Positions 26,061-35,936 of a stretch of DNA of 55,726 nt are shown one piece after another. The DNA is taken from assembly GCA_020057885.1 (NCBI GenBank), contig JAGVEX010000016.1, positions 1 to 55,726 of the forward strand. The letters are read 5' to 3'. Positions within the stretch are counted from its first letter, which is position 1, and every line of letters starts with the position of its first letter. The stretch comes from a bacterium. GTDB lineage: Bacteria; Patescibacteriota; Patescibacteriia; Veblenbacterales; UBA10138. Position numbers and translations under genes: made by a program. A model generated the notes under the pieces. It searched no databases. It was given only the letters and a program-made list of their open reading frames with translations, and was not told the origin of the DNA.

Positions 26061-26525
26061 TTAAGGCTTAACTATATACATACGATATGCATATTGTGGT
26101 GCAAGAATAATCAAATATTGTATTATTGAGGTAATCATATAATTTTTATGGGTTAGTCCGTCAGTCTTATTCTCTTCACAAATAACTTTGCGAGCCATGA
26201 ATACACATATCATACATAATATAAAAACGAACAATAATAATTGATACATTACGGAATCATTTTTCCATGTAAGCGCACTTGATGGTCCCATAGCAATGAG
26301 CGCGGCCACAAGTAGGGAATTAGGCGTTCCTGTTATGAGTATATAACCCATTGAAAGTATTGAACCAAACACTAATCCCATAGCCATTATATTTAGAAAT
26401 ACCATGACGCTTGTCTGTGGTCCAGTAAAGTACATTATACCTATACCTATCCAAACTGCGATTACATAGAAAATTTGATGTACCATGAACGATGACATCT
26501 TAAATATATTTGAAAAGTACGACAT
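26061..26525 (-). CDS. Hypothetical membrane protein inserted between sufB and sufD
   Basis: About 5 TM segments; promoter TTGACA (26608-26603), 17 bp, TAAAAT. Confidence 0.65.
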   Translation of the reverse strand: MSYFSNIFKMSSFMVHQIFYVIAVWIGIGIMYFTGPQTSVMVFLNIMAMGLVFGSILSMGYILITGTPNSLLVAALIAMGPSSALTWKNDSVMYQLLLFVFILCMICVFMARKVICEENKTDGLTHKNYMITSIIQYLIILAPQYAYRMYIVKP

Positions 26526-26634
26526 TTTAATTTCTTTCTGTATTTATTTAACATTAGTGGTTTAGTTTCATTTTAAGTTATTTTAGAGTAAACACATCTA
26601 AATGTCAATTTATATCAATTTCGTTGTTAATTCT

Positions 26635-27432
26635 ATGTTACCTAAGAAAATATTTTATAATGTTAAAAAATCTAACACAACTCAACAGTTGACTATTAAA
26701 CCAAGTCGTCAGTCCGTGGCTTATGATTTAAAATTTGAATCGTATTCAGTGGCAGATATTTATATAAAAGAACAAGTTATTGACACTTGTTTTAATATAG
26801 ATATAAAAGATGCCGCCAAAGTTAATTTAATATTAGAAGGAATTTTTGGAAATAATAAGTTTTTTATTAATGTTGGTAAATTAGGAAATTTAGCTTTTAC
26901 TTCCTTTATAGCATCCAAAAAATCAGTCAAACTTTTTTCACAAATTAATTTACAGGGTGATGGAGCGCGGGCTTATCAGCAAGTGTTGGTTTTGGGCAGT
27001 GGTAATAGTCAAAATAATCTAAATTTGGTATTAAATCACAAGGCTCAGAATACTTTTGGCAGATTAATTGTGCGGCGTGTTCAGGCCGAAGGTTCAGCTA
27101 GTTCGCTTTATGGTATGCTTAATATAGAGTCAACAGCACACGGAACAAATAGTTATCTTTCCGATAAAGTTATTCTTTTAGGTAATAAATCAAAGGCCGA
27201 CTCCATTCCAAGTTTAGAAATAAAAACTAATGATGTACAAGCTTCGCACAGTGTTACTATTGCCAAATTATCACCAGAAGAGTTGTTTTATTTACGTAGC
27301 CGTGGGTTGACAGAAGATGCGGCTCGTGCTTTACTTTTAAAAGCGTTTATAGGACCAGTTTTAGTAGATGTGCCGAACGGTTTAAAAGATTCTACAATTA
27401 TTAAATTGTCACAATTGAATACCAAATGTTAA
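26635..27432 (+). CDS. sufD: SufD-family protein (short form; start uncertain)
   Basis: PSLEIKTNDVQASH and LFYLRSRGL; position between sufB and sufS. Confidence 0.88.
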   Translation: MLPKKIFYNVKKSNTTQQLTIKPSRQSVAYDLKFESYSVADIYIKEQVIDTCFNIDIKDAAKVNLILEGIFGNNKFFINVGKLGNLAFTSFIASKKSVKLFSQINLQGDGARAYQQVLVLGSGNSQNNLNLVLNHKAQNTFGRLIVRRVQAEGSASSLYGMLNIESTAHGTNSYLSDKVILLGNKSKADSIPSLEIKTNDVQASHSVTIAKLSPEELFYLRSRGLTEDAARALLLKAFIGPVLVDVPNGLKDSTIIKLSQLNTKC

Positions 27433-28640
27433 AAAATAATATCAAGTCACAATTTCCATTATTGGATTCACCGGAGAATAAAAATCTGGCTTTTTTGGAT
27501 AATGCCGCCTCCACACAAAAGCATGAAAGCGTGCTTAAGGCTATGGATGATTTTTATCGTGGTAGTTATGCCAATATTCATCGTGGTGTGTATCGTTTAG
27601 CTGAGGCGGCTACAGCTGCTTATGAGAACGCCCGCGTTACCATAGCCCAGTTTATAAATGCCGGTGAAGAGGCCGAAATAATTTTTACGCGTAATACTAC
27701 CAACTCACTGAATATGGTAGCGAGTTCAATTTGTCAACAGTTTGCCCCGGGTGATGAAATTTTGCTTACCGAGATTGAACATCATGCCAATTTAGTGCCT
27801 TGGCAGCAAGCGGCTAAACACTATCAATTGAAACTAAAATTTATACCAGTTACTAGTGAAGGACGTTTGGACTTATCAAATATTTCTGATCTTTGTAATA
27901 ATAAAACAAAAGTGGTGGCCGTGAGCGCTATGTCCAATGTTTTGGGCACCATCACCGAATTGGAGCCGATAATTAGCGCGGCTCATAAAGTTGGCGCAGT
28001 AGTAGTGGTAGATGCGGCTCAAGCCGTGCCACATACGCCAATTGATGTTAAAAAATTGGATTGTGATTTTTTAACCTTTAGCGCCCATAAAATGTTTGGC
28101 CCCTCTGGCATTGGTGTGCTTTATGGCAAAAGGAGTTTATTAGAAGCCCTGGAGCCGTTTGAGTTTGGCGGTGGTATGATTAGCGAAGTAACTTGGAATA
28201 GTTCAACTTGGGCTGACATTCCTGAAAAATTTGAAGCAGGCACACCGCCGATCGCAGAAGCTGTTGGTTTGGCCAAGGCAGCTGAGTTTATACAAAGTGT
28301 TGGTTGGGATAATTTTTTATCGCACGAAGCTGAGCTCACAAATTATGGTTTGACAGAACTTACAAAAATTTCTGGCTTGCACTTATTTGGCCCTAGTGAT
28401 GCAAAAAATCGCGGACCAGTTTTTGCTTTTACATTAGATGGTGTTCACCCCCATGATTTAGCCAGTGTGTTGGATGAAAATAATATAGCAGTGCGTTCTG
28501 GGCACCATTGCGCTATGCCCTTGCATCGTAAATTTGAGTTATTGGCCACCACGCGCGCCAGTTGCACTATTTATAATACCAAAGAAGACATTGATAGGTT
28601 AGTGGAAGGAATTAAAAAAGCCCAAAAGCTATTTTGTTAA
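27426..28640 (+). CDS. sufS: Cysteine desulfurase SufS
   Basis: LDNAAST, EHHAN, SAHKM (PLP Lys) and RSGHHCA. Confidence 0.96.
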   Translation: MLKNNIKSQFPLLDSPENKNLAFLDNAASTQKHESVLKAMDDFYRGSYANIHRGVYRLAEAATAAYENARVTIAQFINAGEEAEIIFTRNTTNSLNMVASSICQQFAPGDEILLTEIEHHANLVPWQQAAKHYQLKLKFIPVTSEGRLDLSNISDLCNNKTKVVAVSAMSNVLGTITELEPIISAAHKVGAVVVVDAAQAVPHTPIDVKKLDCDFLTFSAHKMFGPSGIGVLYGKRSLLEALEPFEFGGGMISEVTWNSSTWADIPEKFEAGTPPIAEAVGLAKAAEFIQSVGWDNFLSHEAELTNYGLTELTKISGLHLFGPSDAKNRGPVFAFTLDGVHPHDLASVLDENNIAVRSGHHCAMPLHRKFELLATTRASCTIYNTKEDIDRLVEGIKKAQKLFC

Positions 28641-28651
28641 TTTTTCTTTTA

Positions 28652-28686
28652 TTGTTTCGGATTTAGAAATTAGGATTTAGGATTTT
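28652..28686. repeat. Heptamer tandem repeat (GATTTAG-like)
   Basis: tttcgga tttagaa attagga tttagga tttt. Confidence 0.6.
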
Positions 28687-28693
28687 AATAGTT

Positions 28694-29050
28694 ATGGATC
28701 TCTATCAGCAGAACATTCTGGATTATTATAAACATCCTCGCAAATCAGGCGAGGTGGCTGGGGCTACCCATCATTGCAAAACTTCCAATCCTTTGTGTGG
28801 TGACAATGTAGAGCTTTGGCTTAAATTAGATGGTAATAAAATTGTTAAGGCTGGCTGGCAGGGTGAGGGTTGTGTATTATCACAAGCTGCTTCGGATATG
28901 TTGTCAGAATATTTAGAGGGTAAAACAATTTTAGAAATTAAAAATATTGATAAAAATGTTTTACTTAAAATGGTGGGAGTGGAGCTTGGGCCGAATAGGT
29001 TAAAATGCGCTCTCTTGCCGCTGGATGCCTTAAGAGAAGCAATTAAATAA
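28694..29050 (+). CDS. sufU: SufU/NifU-type scaffold or sulfur-transfer protein
   Basis: NPLCGD, GCVLSQA and RLKCA. Confidence 0.92.
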   Translation: MDLYQQNILDYYKHPRKSGEVAGATHHCKTSNPLCGDNVELWLKLDGNKIVKAGWQGEGCVLSQAASDMLSEYLEGKTILEIKNIDKNVLLKMVGVELGPNRLKCALLPLDALREAIK

Positions 29051-29060
29051 ATTTAAAATT

Positions 29061-29088
29061 AAAAAGCCTTTTTATCAAAGGCTTTTTT
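29061..29088. terminator. Bidirectional terminator
   Basis: aaaaagccttt/aaaggcttttt. Confidence 0.7.
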
Positions 29089-29103
29089 GATTATGGTATA
29101 AAA

Positions 29104-29448
29104 CTATTTTTTATATTTACCACCGATTAAACATCCCGCCACACCAATAATGGCATGAAAAAAATGTTCCGGCACTTCTAAGTGAAAAATATCAAAAAAA
29201 TTCGGAAAAGTAAGCCCAAAGCTAAGTAATACCAATCCCATAATACCAGTCGCCGTAGCATAGCGACTACGTGTTTTGTCTGTTGCTTTACCCCAACCAA
29301 GCTGCATACCAATAGCTCCTCCAATCAAATATACAAAGCTTTGCCACAAGTCCAATTGGGCAAAACCTGGAATATGTCCAATAAAGAATCCCCCCAAGCC
29401 CAACAGGAACAAAATTAAGCCAATAATTCGTATATACCATTTAAGCAT
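29104..29448 (-). CDS. Small 4-TM membrane protein (DUF4383-like)
   Basis: Four TM segments and a C-terminal HFFHAIIG pattern. Confidence 0.6.
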   Translation of the reverse strand: MLKWYIRIIGLILFLLGLGGFFIGHIPGFAQLDLWQSFVYLIGGAIGMQLGWGKATDKTRSRYATATGIMGLVLLSFGLTFPNFFDIFHLEVPEHFFHAIIGVAGCLIGGKYKK

Positions 29449-29507
29449 ATTTATAGTATAGGAGAGAGTCTTTTTATACTCAAGTTTTTATGATACAATT
29501 TAGCTAT

Positions 29508-30488
29508 ATGAAAAATCAAGTTTGCGTAATTGGAGGTGCAACTTGGGATGTACTTTTTACAACACCCCAAGCCTGTTTGTTGCCGGTTTCAAAAACTAGA
29601 CAAAGTTTTTTGGCTTTTCCCTATGGTAGTAAAGTAGATGCCAAAGATATAACTTATTGTTTTGGCGGTGGTGCGGCCAATGTGAGTATCGGCTTAGCTC
29701 GCTTAGGTGTTAAAGCTAGTATTTTAACATGTGTAGGTAAGGATTGGCGAGGGCAAGAAGTGGCAAAAAATTTACAAAAGCAGAAAGTTGATACTAAGTT
29801 ATTACAATACAATAACAGCGAAACTACTGCCTTGGCATTTATTGTAACCACAGTTGGTGCCCACGATCACGTGGCTTTTGTATCGCGCGGCGCGAGCGGT
29901 AAATTAAAACTGCCAATGTTATTGTCTAAAAAATTTGATTGGTGTTATGCAACTTCAGTATCTGCTCTAAATTGGTACCAAGGACTTAATAGACTATTTA
30001 AACAATTAAAAGAACAAGGCACGAATATTTTTTGGAATCCTGGCGTGGCACAACTTGCCACCGGTCGCAAGCTTAAAAATTTATTACGCTATGTTACAAT
30101 TCTTGATCTTAATAAAGAAGAGGCAGAAATTTTGGCACGCGACTTAAAATTGTCTTACGTAGGCTTAAACGGTTTGTTAAAAGTATTAAAATCTACTGGA
30201 CCATCTGCCGTGCTTATTACCAATGGTGCCAAGGGCGCTTATTTTTATGATGGTAAAAAAATAATTTATCACGCTTCTTTGACGGTAAAATTAGTTAACA
30301 CTACTGGTGCTGGTGATAGCTTTGGTGCTGGGTTTTTGGCTGGTTATTTAAATACTAGAGACATTAAACAAGCTATGCGCTGGGGAATGCTTAATTCAAG
30401 TTCAGTAATTATGCAAGCAGGTGCTCAACGCGGCTTGCTTAATATTAAATCTCTTAAAATTTTTCTTAAAAAATATGGCAGAGCATAA
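29508..30488 (+). CDS. PfkB-family carbohydrate kinase
   Basis: GGGAANVSIGLARLG, NKEE and NTTGAGDSF. Confidence 0.92.
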   Translation: MKNQVCVIGGATWDVLFTTPQACLLPVSKTRQSFLAFPYGSKVDAKDITYCFGGGAANVSIGLARLGVKASILTCVGKDWRGQEVAKNLQKQKVDTKLLQYNNSETTALAFIVTTVGAHDHVAFVSRGASGKLKLPMLLSKKFDWCYATSVSALNWYQGLNRLFKQLKEQGTNIFWNPGVAQLATGRKLKNLLRYVTILDLNKEEAEILARDLKLSYVGLNGLLKVLKSTGPSAVLITNGAKGAYFYDGKKIIYHASLTVKLVNTTGAGDSFGAGFLAGYLNTRDIKQAMRWGMLNSSSVIMQAGAQRGLLNIKSLKIFLKKYGRA

Positions 30489-31047
30489 GGTATTAATAGA
30501 AGTCTCAGCGCGGCACATTCATTTATCGGCAGAGCATTTGGAAGCCCTTTTTGGCAAAGGTGCCGAGCTCCATGTTTATAAAAAAATATCACAGCCTAAT
30601 CAATTTGCGGCTGTGGAAAAAGTTACACTGGTTGGCCCAAAAGGCAAACTTGATCTTAGGGTGGTTGGCCCTTTGCGTTCCGAGACACAGGCAGAGCTTT
30701 CAGTGTCTGATTGTCGCACCTTAGGCTTGCCTGTGGTTTTGCGTGTTTCTGGAAATTTAGCTGACACTGCTGGCGCAATAATAGAGGGTCCTCAAGGTAA
30801 AGTAGAGCTTAAGCAGGGTGTAATTGTGGCTCAACGTCATTTACATATTAATCCTAAGCAAGCCGCCTTATTCGGTTTAAAGCATGGCGACGTAGTTTCT
30901 GTTAAAACAAATAGCACTAGGCCAGTGACTTTTCACGATGTCTTTGTGCGGAGTAGGGAAGGTGTGGACGAAATGTCATTTATGATAGATACCGACGAGG
31001 CTAACGCCGCAGGTATTAATAGTGGGGAAGAGGGAATTATTATTTAA
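30475..31047 (+). CDS. pduL: PduL-type phosphate acyltransferase (ATG at 30475)
   Basis: VSARHIHL, SQPNQFA, VAQRHLH and IDTDEANA. Confidence 0.93.
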   Translation: MAEHKVLIEVSARHIHLSAEHLEALFGKGAELHVYKKISQPNQFAAVEKVTLVGPKGKLDLRVVGPLRSETQAELSVSDCRTLGLPVVLRVSGNLADTAGAIIEGPQGKVELKQGVIVAQRHLHINPKQAALFGLKHGDVVSVKTNSTRPVTFHDVFVRSREGVDEMSFMIDTDEANAAGINSGEEGIII

Positions 31048-31112
31048 CTTTTTTATTTTAGGATTATTTGTACAAACTATTCCGTAATTATATGAGGGAT
31101 GAATCTTTGAAA

Positions 31113-32267
31113 ATGGATAATAATTATATTTTAGTGCTTAATGCCGGCAGTGCGACTTTGAAATGGTCGTTATTTGAATATGATGATTTGGTTGAATTTG
31201 GTAGAGGAGTGGTAGAGCGTATCGGTAGCAAGGGTAGCTTTACTGAGTGGCGATTAAAAGGCAAAACCGCGGTTAAATACTCTTCATTTAAAGATCACAA
31301 ATCCGCTTTGACTTATGTGCTTAAAATGCTAGCGTGGCATGGCTTTGATTTGAATAGGATTAAAATAGTAGCACATCGAATTGTTCACGGCGGTAGTAAA
31401 TTTCAAGCGCCTACAAAATTAAATAGCTCTGTGTTAAAACAAATTAGCCAATACAATAATTTAGCGCCACTGCATAATCCAATTCAATTAATGGTGGCCA
31501 ACTTGGCAATTAAACTTTTACCACAAGCAAAGCCGATGGCTGTGTTTGACACAGCCTGGTTTACTAATTTACCACCTCAAGCGTGTGAGTATGCCTTACC
31601 CCAACAATTAGTTAGTAAATATAATCTCAGGCGTTTTGGTTTTCATGGTATTTCCCATTCTTATGTGGCTGGTCAGGCGGCACGCGGTTTAAATAAATCA
31701 CTTGATAATTTAAATCTCATAACTTGCCACTTGGGCAGTGGTTCTAGTATTACAGCAGTGCGTGGTGGTAGAGCAATAGACACCTCAATGGGTTTTACAC
31801 CCTTGGAGGGCTTAATGATGTGTACGCGTGCAGGCGACATTGACCCGGGAATATTACTGCATTTATTATCTCAAAAAGGTATGAATGTTAAAAAACTGCA
31901 AATAATTTTACAAAATGAATCTGGCCTTAAGGGCGTGGCAGGGGTTAGCGATATGCGTGAGGTTATGGTACGTGCTGGCTATGAGGTGCTTGGTTTTAAA
32001 GAGGGTGGCAAGATTAGTGCAGAAGATAAAAAACGAGCTGGTTTGGCTTTTAAAATGTTTCTTTATCGTGTACAAAAATATATCGGAGCTTATGTCGCCA
32101 TATTAGGACGAGTGGATGCCGTTGTGTTTACTGGAGGTATAGGAGAGCGCAACGAAGCAGTGCGTAATTTAATTATGAAAGGTTTACCTAATTTTAAAGA
32201 TATTCCTATTTTAGTCATTCCTACTAATGAGGAATTAGCTATAGCACAACAAGTGTTAATAAAATAA
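31113..32267 (+). CDS. ackA: Acetate/propionate kinase (start uncertain)
   Basis: LVLNAGS, HRIVHGG, APLHNP, FHGISH, MGFTPLEG, FTGGIGE and TNEE. Confidence 0.96.
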   Translation: MDNNYILVLNAGSATLKWSLFEYDDLVEFGRGVVERIGSKGSFTEWRLKGKTAVKYSSFKDHKSALTYVLKMLAWHGFDLNRIKIVAHRIVHGGSKFQAPTKLNSSVLKQISQYNNLAPLHNPIQLMVANLAIKLLPQAKPMAVFDTAWFTNLPPQACEYALPQQLVSKYNLRRFGFHGISHSYVAGQAARGLNKSLDNLNLITCHLGSGSSITAVRGGRAIDTSMGFTPLEGLMMCTRAGDIDPGILLHLLSQKGMNVKKLQIILQNESGLKGVAGVSDMREVMVRAGYEVLGFKEGGKISAEDKKRAGLAFKMFLYRVQKYIGAYVAILGRVDAVVFTGGIGERNEAVRNLIMKGLPNFKDIPILVIPTNEELAIAQQVLIK

Positions 32268-32272
32268 TTTAT

Positions 32273-32893
32273 ATGAATGAACGCATGGGCACTGTGCCAG
32301 GAACAGTAATTCACGAAGGACAAGTACAAAACGGTTCCAGTATGGTAGCGGTTATTAAGGGTGTAGTAAGCGGCGAGGTGGAAATTAAAACAGCTGGTTT
32401 GGTGGTGGCTATTTCGGGTGGGGGAAAATTACCGCAATCTGATCCTATTTGTTATGAAGCACAAAAATTAGCCACTGGTGTAGCGGCACGCGGTGGTGTT
32501 TTGGTTAATGGTGGTGAAAATGGTGGCACCATGTTGGCTGTTACTGAAGTAGAGCCAGATATTACCTTGGGGGTGGTTTGCCCTTATCACGAATCCATAC
32601 ATTTTGGCACCAAAGCTACAGTAAACTCTTACCAAACACGTAAAACTATAATTTCTATTATGCCAGTTGTTGTGGTTTTTCCAGGCCAAGTCGGTACTTT
32701 GGATGAATTAATAATGGCTATAGGTTGGATAAAATCATTGTCAAAACAAAATACTGAACCGCCCAAATTATGGGCGCATCAGTATTGGTGGGATGTTTTA
32801 GATTTATTACACAACAAAGGAACAATACAAGATAATGTTTGGGATAAAATTAATCGTTTTAATGAAGTAGATGAAATCCTCGTTACATTTTGA
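32273..32893 (+). CDS. LOG/SLOG-family protein (divergent)
   Basis: NGG...GTM, RK and FPGQVGTLDEL (cf. PGGxGTxxE). Confidence 0.75.
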   Translation: MNERMGTVPGTVIHEGQVQNGSSMVAVIKGVVSGEVEIKTAGLVVAISGGGKLPQSDPICYEAQKLATGVAARGGVLVNGGENGGTMLAVTEVEPDITLGVVCPYHESIHFGTKATVNSYQTRKTIISIMPVVVVFPGQVGTLDELIMAIGWIKSLSKQNTEPPKLWAHQYWWDVLDLLHNKGTIQDNVWDKINRFNEVDEILVTF

Positions 32894-33857
32894 TAAAAAA
32901 CAGAATGCTTATATTAATATAAAGCGAGTCATAGTTTATGGCTCGTTGGCTTATGATAGAGTGATGGATTTTCCAGGTAAGTTTCGTGATAATTTTTTGC
33001 CAGATAAACTGCATCTTATAAACGTATCCTTTGCTGTACCTAAACTCACAGAGAATTTTGGCGGTACTGCAGGCAACATCGCTTACAATTTATCTCTTTT
33101 GCGTGCCAGGCCGATTATTTTGGCGGAGGCTGGCAATGATTTTATTAAATATTCCAAATGGCTGGTCCAGTTAAAAATAGAAACAAAGCATATTTATTCA
33201 GTCAAAGATTTGCCCACAGCTTCGGCTTATATTATTACTGATAAAGAAGATAATCAAATTACAGGATTTTATTCTGGCGCTATACAAAAGCACTACCCTA
33301 GTTTTTCAGACGATATTTTTAAAAACGCTTTAGTTATTATTTCACCAGGTAATTGCAGAGATATGTCTACACTCGTGAAAATTTGTTTTAAAAAACAAAC
33401 TCCTTTTATATATGACCCCGGCCAACAAATTCCCCATTTAACCAAAAATGAGCTTGCATATGGTGTAAAAAATAGTTTGGTATTTATTGGTAATGATTAT
33501 GAGATAAGTTTAGTGGCGCATATATTAAAAATTAGCGAACAAACTCTTATTCAGCGTGCAAATATATTAATTAAAACTTTGGGCGCAAAAGGCTCAGAAA
33601 TTTGGCATAAGGGTAAGTGTATAAAAATTCCGGCTTTTAAGCCACGACAGGTGATTGATCCGACTGGCGCAGGCGATGCTTATCGTGCTGGTTTAGCAAT
33701 GGGTTTATTGCGCCATTGGCCGATTACTAAAATTGGTCGTTTTGTCTCTTTAGTAGCTTCATATGCCGTGGAACAATATGGCACGCAAAAACATAAATTT
33801 ACTCAAACAGAATTAGAGCAACGGTATTCAAAACGTTTTAAAGAGAATTTATTTTAA
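32871..33857 (+). CDS. PfkB-family kinase, adenosine/nucleoside-kinase-like (start uncertain)
   Basis: GSLAYD, FGGTAGNIAY, DPGQQ, NDYE and DPTGAGDAYRAG. Confidence 0.9.
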   Translation: MKSSLHFDKKQNAYINIKRVIVYGSLAYDRVMDFPGKFRDNFLPDKLHLINVSFAVPKLTENFGGTAGNIAYNLSLLRARPIILAEAGNDFIKYSKWLVQLKIETKHIYSVKDLPTASAYIITDKEDNQITGFYSGAIQKHYPSFSDDIFKNALVIISPGNCRDMSTLVKICFKKQTPFIYDPGQQIPHLTKNELAYGVKNSLVFIGNDYEISLVAHILKISEQTLIQRANILIKTLGAKGSEIWHKGKCIKIPAFKPRQVIDPTGAGDAYRAGLAMGLLRHWPITKIGRFVSLVASYAVEQYGTQKHKFTQTELEQRYSKRFKENLF

Positions 33858-33887
33858 CTAAAGGTTAAAAACCTGTATAATAATCTT

Positions 33888-34154
33888 ATGAGTAACAAAT
33901 CATTAAAAATAGAAATTATTACCAAGATGAGCGAGTTAGCAACTGCCGGTTTTGGCTTAGTAGCCGCTTTGGCTTGGAACGATGCCATTCAATCGCTATT
34001 TAAAGAACTGTTTGGTTCGCAATCGGCCGTGTGGGCCAAGTTTGCTTATGCGGTAATAGTTACCGCGTTAGTAGTATTGGTTATTATTAAACTTGGAAAT
34101 ATTTTAAACAAACTTAAAGAAAATAATAATGGAGAGCAAAATAAACAATCTTAA
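33888..34154 (+). CDS. DUF5654-like small membrane protein
   Basis: AGFGLVAALAWNDAIQ...YAVIVT. Confidence 0.8.
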   Translation: MSNKSLKIEIITKMSELATAGFGLVAALAWNDAIQSLFKELFGSQSAVWAKFAYAVIVTALVVLVIIKLGNILNKLKENNNGEQNKQS

Positions 34155-35919
34155 TTGGAAAATAGGAGGTGAGGCTGGCTATGGCATTGCTTCGGCTGGC
34201 GAGATTTTTACTTATGCTTGCGCTCATGGCGGCTTGAAAACTTTTACTTATTTAGAATATCCCTCTTTAATTCGCGGCGGGCATAATACCTATCAGGTTT
34301 TAGTGCGCGAGAATAATGTACAATCGCACTCGGCGCGAGTTGATTTGTTAGTTGCACTACACAAGCAAGCCATAGATAAAAATTTAAATGAATTAGTATC
34401 GGGCGGCGGTTTGATTTTTGATGTAGATAACAGTAAAATGGCTGACTTTAAATGTCTGCGCCAAGATATACACTGTTTTCCTATACCACTTGAAACTTTG
34501 GCCAAGCAAGCTGGTGGCGAAAAAGTAATGCGCAATATGGTGGCGGTGGCCGCCTCGCTCGCTTTAGTACAATTTCCCTTTGCATATTTAACTGAACTTA
34601 TAACCCGAGTTTTTAGTAAAAAAGGAGAAAAAATTGTTGAACTCAATATCGCGGCGGCTAAAGCTGGTTATGATTATGTAGAACAAAATTTTGCCGGTAA
34701 GTTTGGTTATAAATTACAAATCAAGCCAGAATCAGGTAAGCGATTATTAATAAATGGCAATGAGGCTATTGCTATGGGTGCTATTAAAGCCGGGCTTAAG
34801 TTTTTTGCAGCTTACCCCATGACCCCAGCAAGTTCTATTATGCAATATCTAGCTAATAATGAGCGTAAATATAATCTGATAGTTAAACAAACAGAAGATG
34901 AAATCGCGGCTATGAATATGATAGTCGGCGCTGGTTTTGCTGGCGTACGCACCATGACAGCCACCTCGGGCGGCGGTTTTGCTTTAATGACAGAGGCTTT
35001 GGGACTCTCTGCTATGGTTGAATCGCCAACTGTAATTGCCTTAGTACAGCGTCCTGGGCCTGCCACAGGGCTTCCTACCTGGACAGAGCAGGGTGATTTG
35101 CGTTTTGCCTTGCATGCGGCACAGGGCGATTTTCCGCGCGTGGTATTGGCGCCAGGCGATCCAGAGGAATGTTTTTATATGACTTTCCAAGCTTTTAACA
35201 TTGCGGATAAATATCAACTGCCGGTAATTATTTTATCTGATAAATATTTGGCTGAAGCGCGCCAAACCTTGCCTTATTTTGAAACATCTGATTTGAAAAT
35301 TGAAAGAGGGGGATGGGCCAATGTTTCCGGGTTAGGAGCTAATGAACGTTTTGATAGATATGTTGATACTCCAACTGGCGTATCCCCGCGGGTTATGCCT
35401 GGTACTCCGGGCGGAGTTTTTATAGCTAATAGTGATGAACATGAACTTGATGGTTTGGATAATGAGGAGGCGGAAAATAGAAAAATGATGATGGATAAAA
35501 AAATGCGTAAACTTCAGTTTATAAAAAATGATATGCCAGAGCCAGTGAAACTTTATGGCCCCAAAGAGGCAGATGTTACGATTGTGGGTTGGGGTTCAAC
35601 CAAAGGTCCGATACTTGAGGCTATGAAAATGATTGAGAGCGAGCCTATGAAGGCGAAGCCCGGTACCGAAACGCGTAGCGGGTCTGGTACTCGGGTAAAT
35701 TTTTTACAAATTAAACTTTTAAGTCCGTTTCCTGTAAAAGAAGTTGATGCTATTTTGCGGCAAGCTAAGAAGAGGGTATTGGTGGAAAATAACTTTTCTG
35801 GTCAACTTGGAGGATTAATCCGCGAGAAAACTGGTATTGATATAACTGAAAAGTTATTGAAGTACGACGGCCGGCCAATACATCCGGAGGAAGTGGTAGA
35901 TAAAATTCAATCCATATAA
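34129..35919 (+). CDS. 2-oxoacid:ferredoxin oxidoreductase alpha subunit (gamma-alpha fusion)
   Basis: GGEAGYG, IRGGH, YPMTP, EDEIAA, TSGGGF and RPGPATG. Confidence 0.95.
   Translation: MESKINNLNWKIGGEAGYGIASAGEIFTYACAHGGLKTFTYLEYPSLIRGGHNTYQVLVRENNVQSHSARVDLLVALHKQAIDKNLNELVSGGGLIFDVDNSKMADFKCLRQDIHCFPIPLETLAKQAGGEKVMRNMVAVAASLALVQFPFAYLTELITRVFSKKGEKIVELNIAAAKAGYDYVEQNFAGKFGYKLQIKPESGKRLLINGNEAIAMGAIKAGLKFFAAYPMTPASSIMQYLANNERKYNLIVKQTEDEIAAMNMIVGAGFAGVRTMTATSGGGFALMTEALGLSAMVESPTVIALVQRPGPATGLPTWTEQGDLRFALHAAQGDFPRVVLAPGDPEECFYMTFQAFNIADKYQLPVIILSDKYLAEARQTLPYFETSDLKIERGGWANVSGLGANERFDRYVDTPTGVSPRVMPGTPGGVFIANSDEHELDGLDNEEAENRKMMMDKKMRKLQFIKNDMPEPVKLYGPKEADVTIVGWGSTKGPILEAMKMIESEPMKAKPGTETRSGSGTRVNFLQIKLLSPFPVKEVDAILRQAKKRVLVENNFSGQLGGLIREKTGIDITEKLLKYDGRPIHPEEVVDKIQSI
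35659..35695. repeat. REP-like hairpin inside the oxidoreductase alpha gene
   Basis: cccg-gtacc-gaaa-cgc-gta-gcg-ggtct-ggtac-t-cggg; encodes PGTETRSGSGTR. Confidence 0.7.
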
Positions 35920-35936
35920 ATCTTGATAATAACTTT

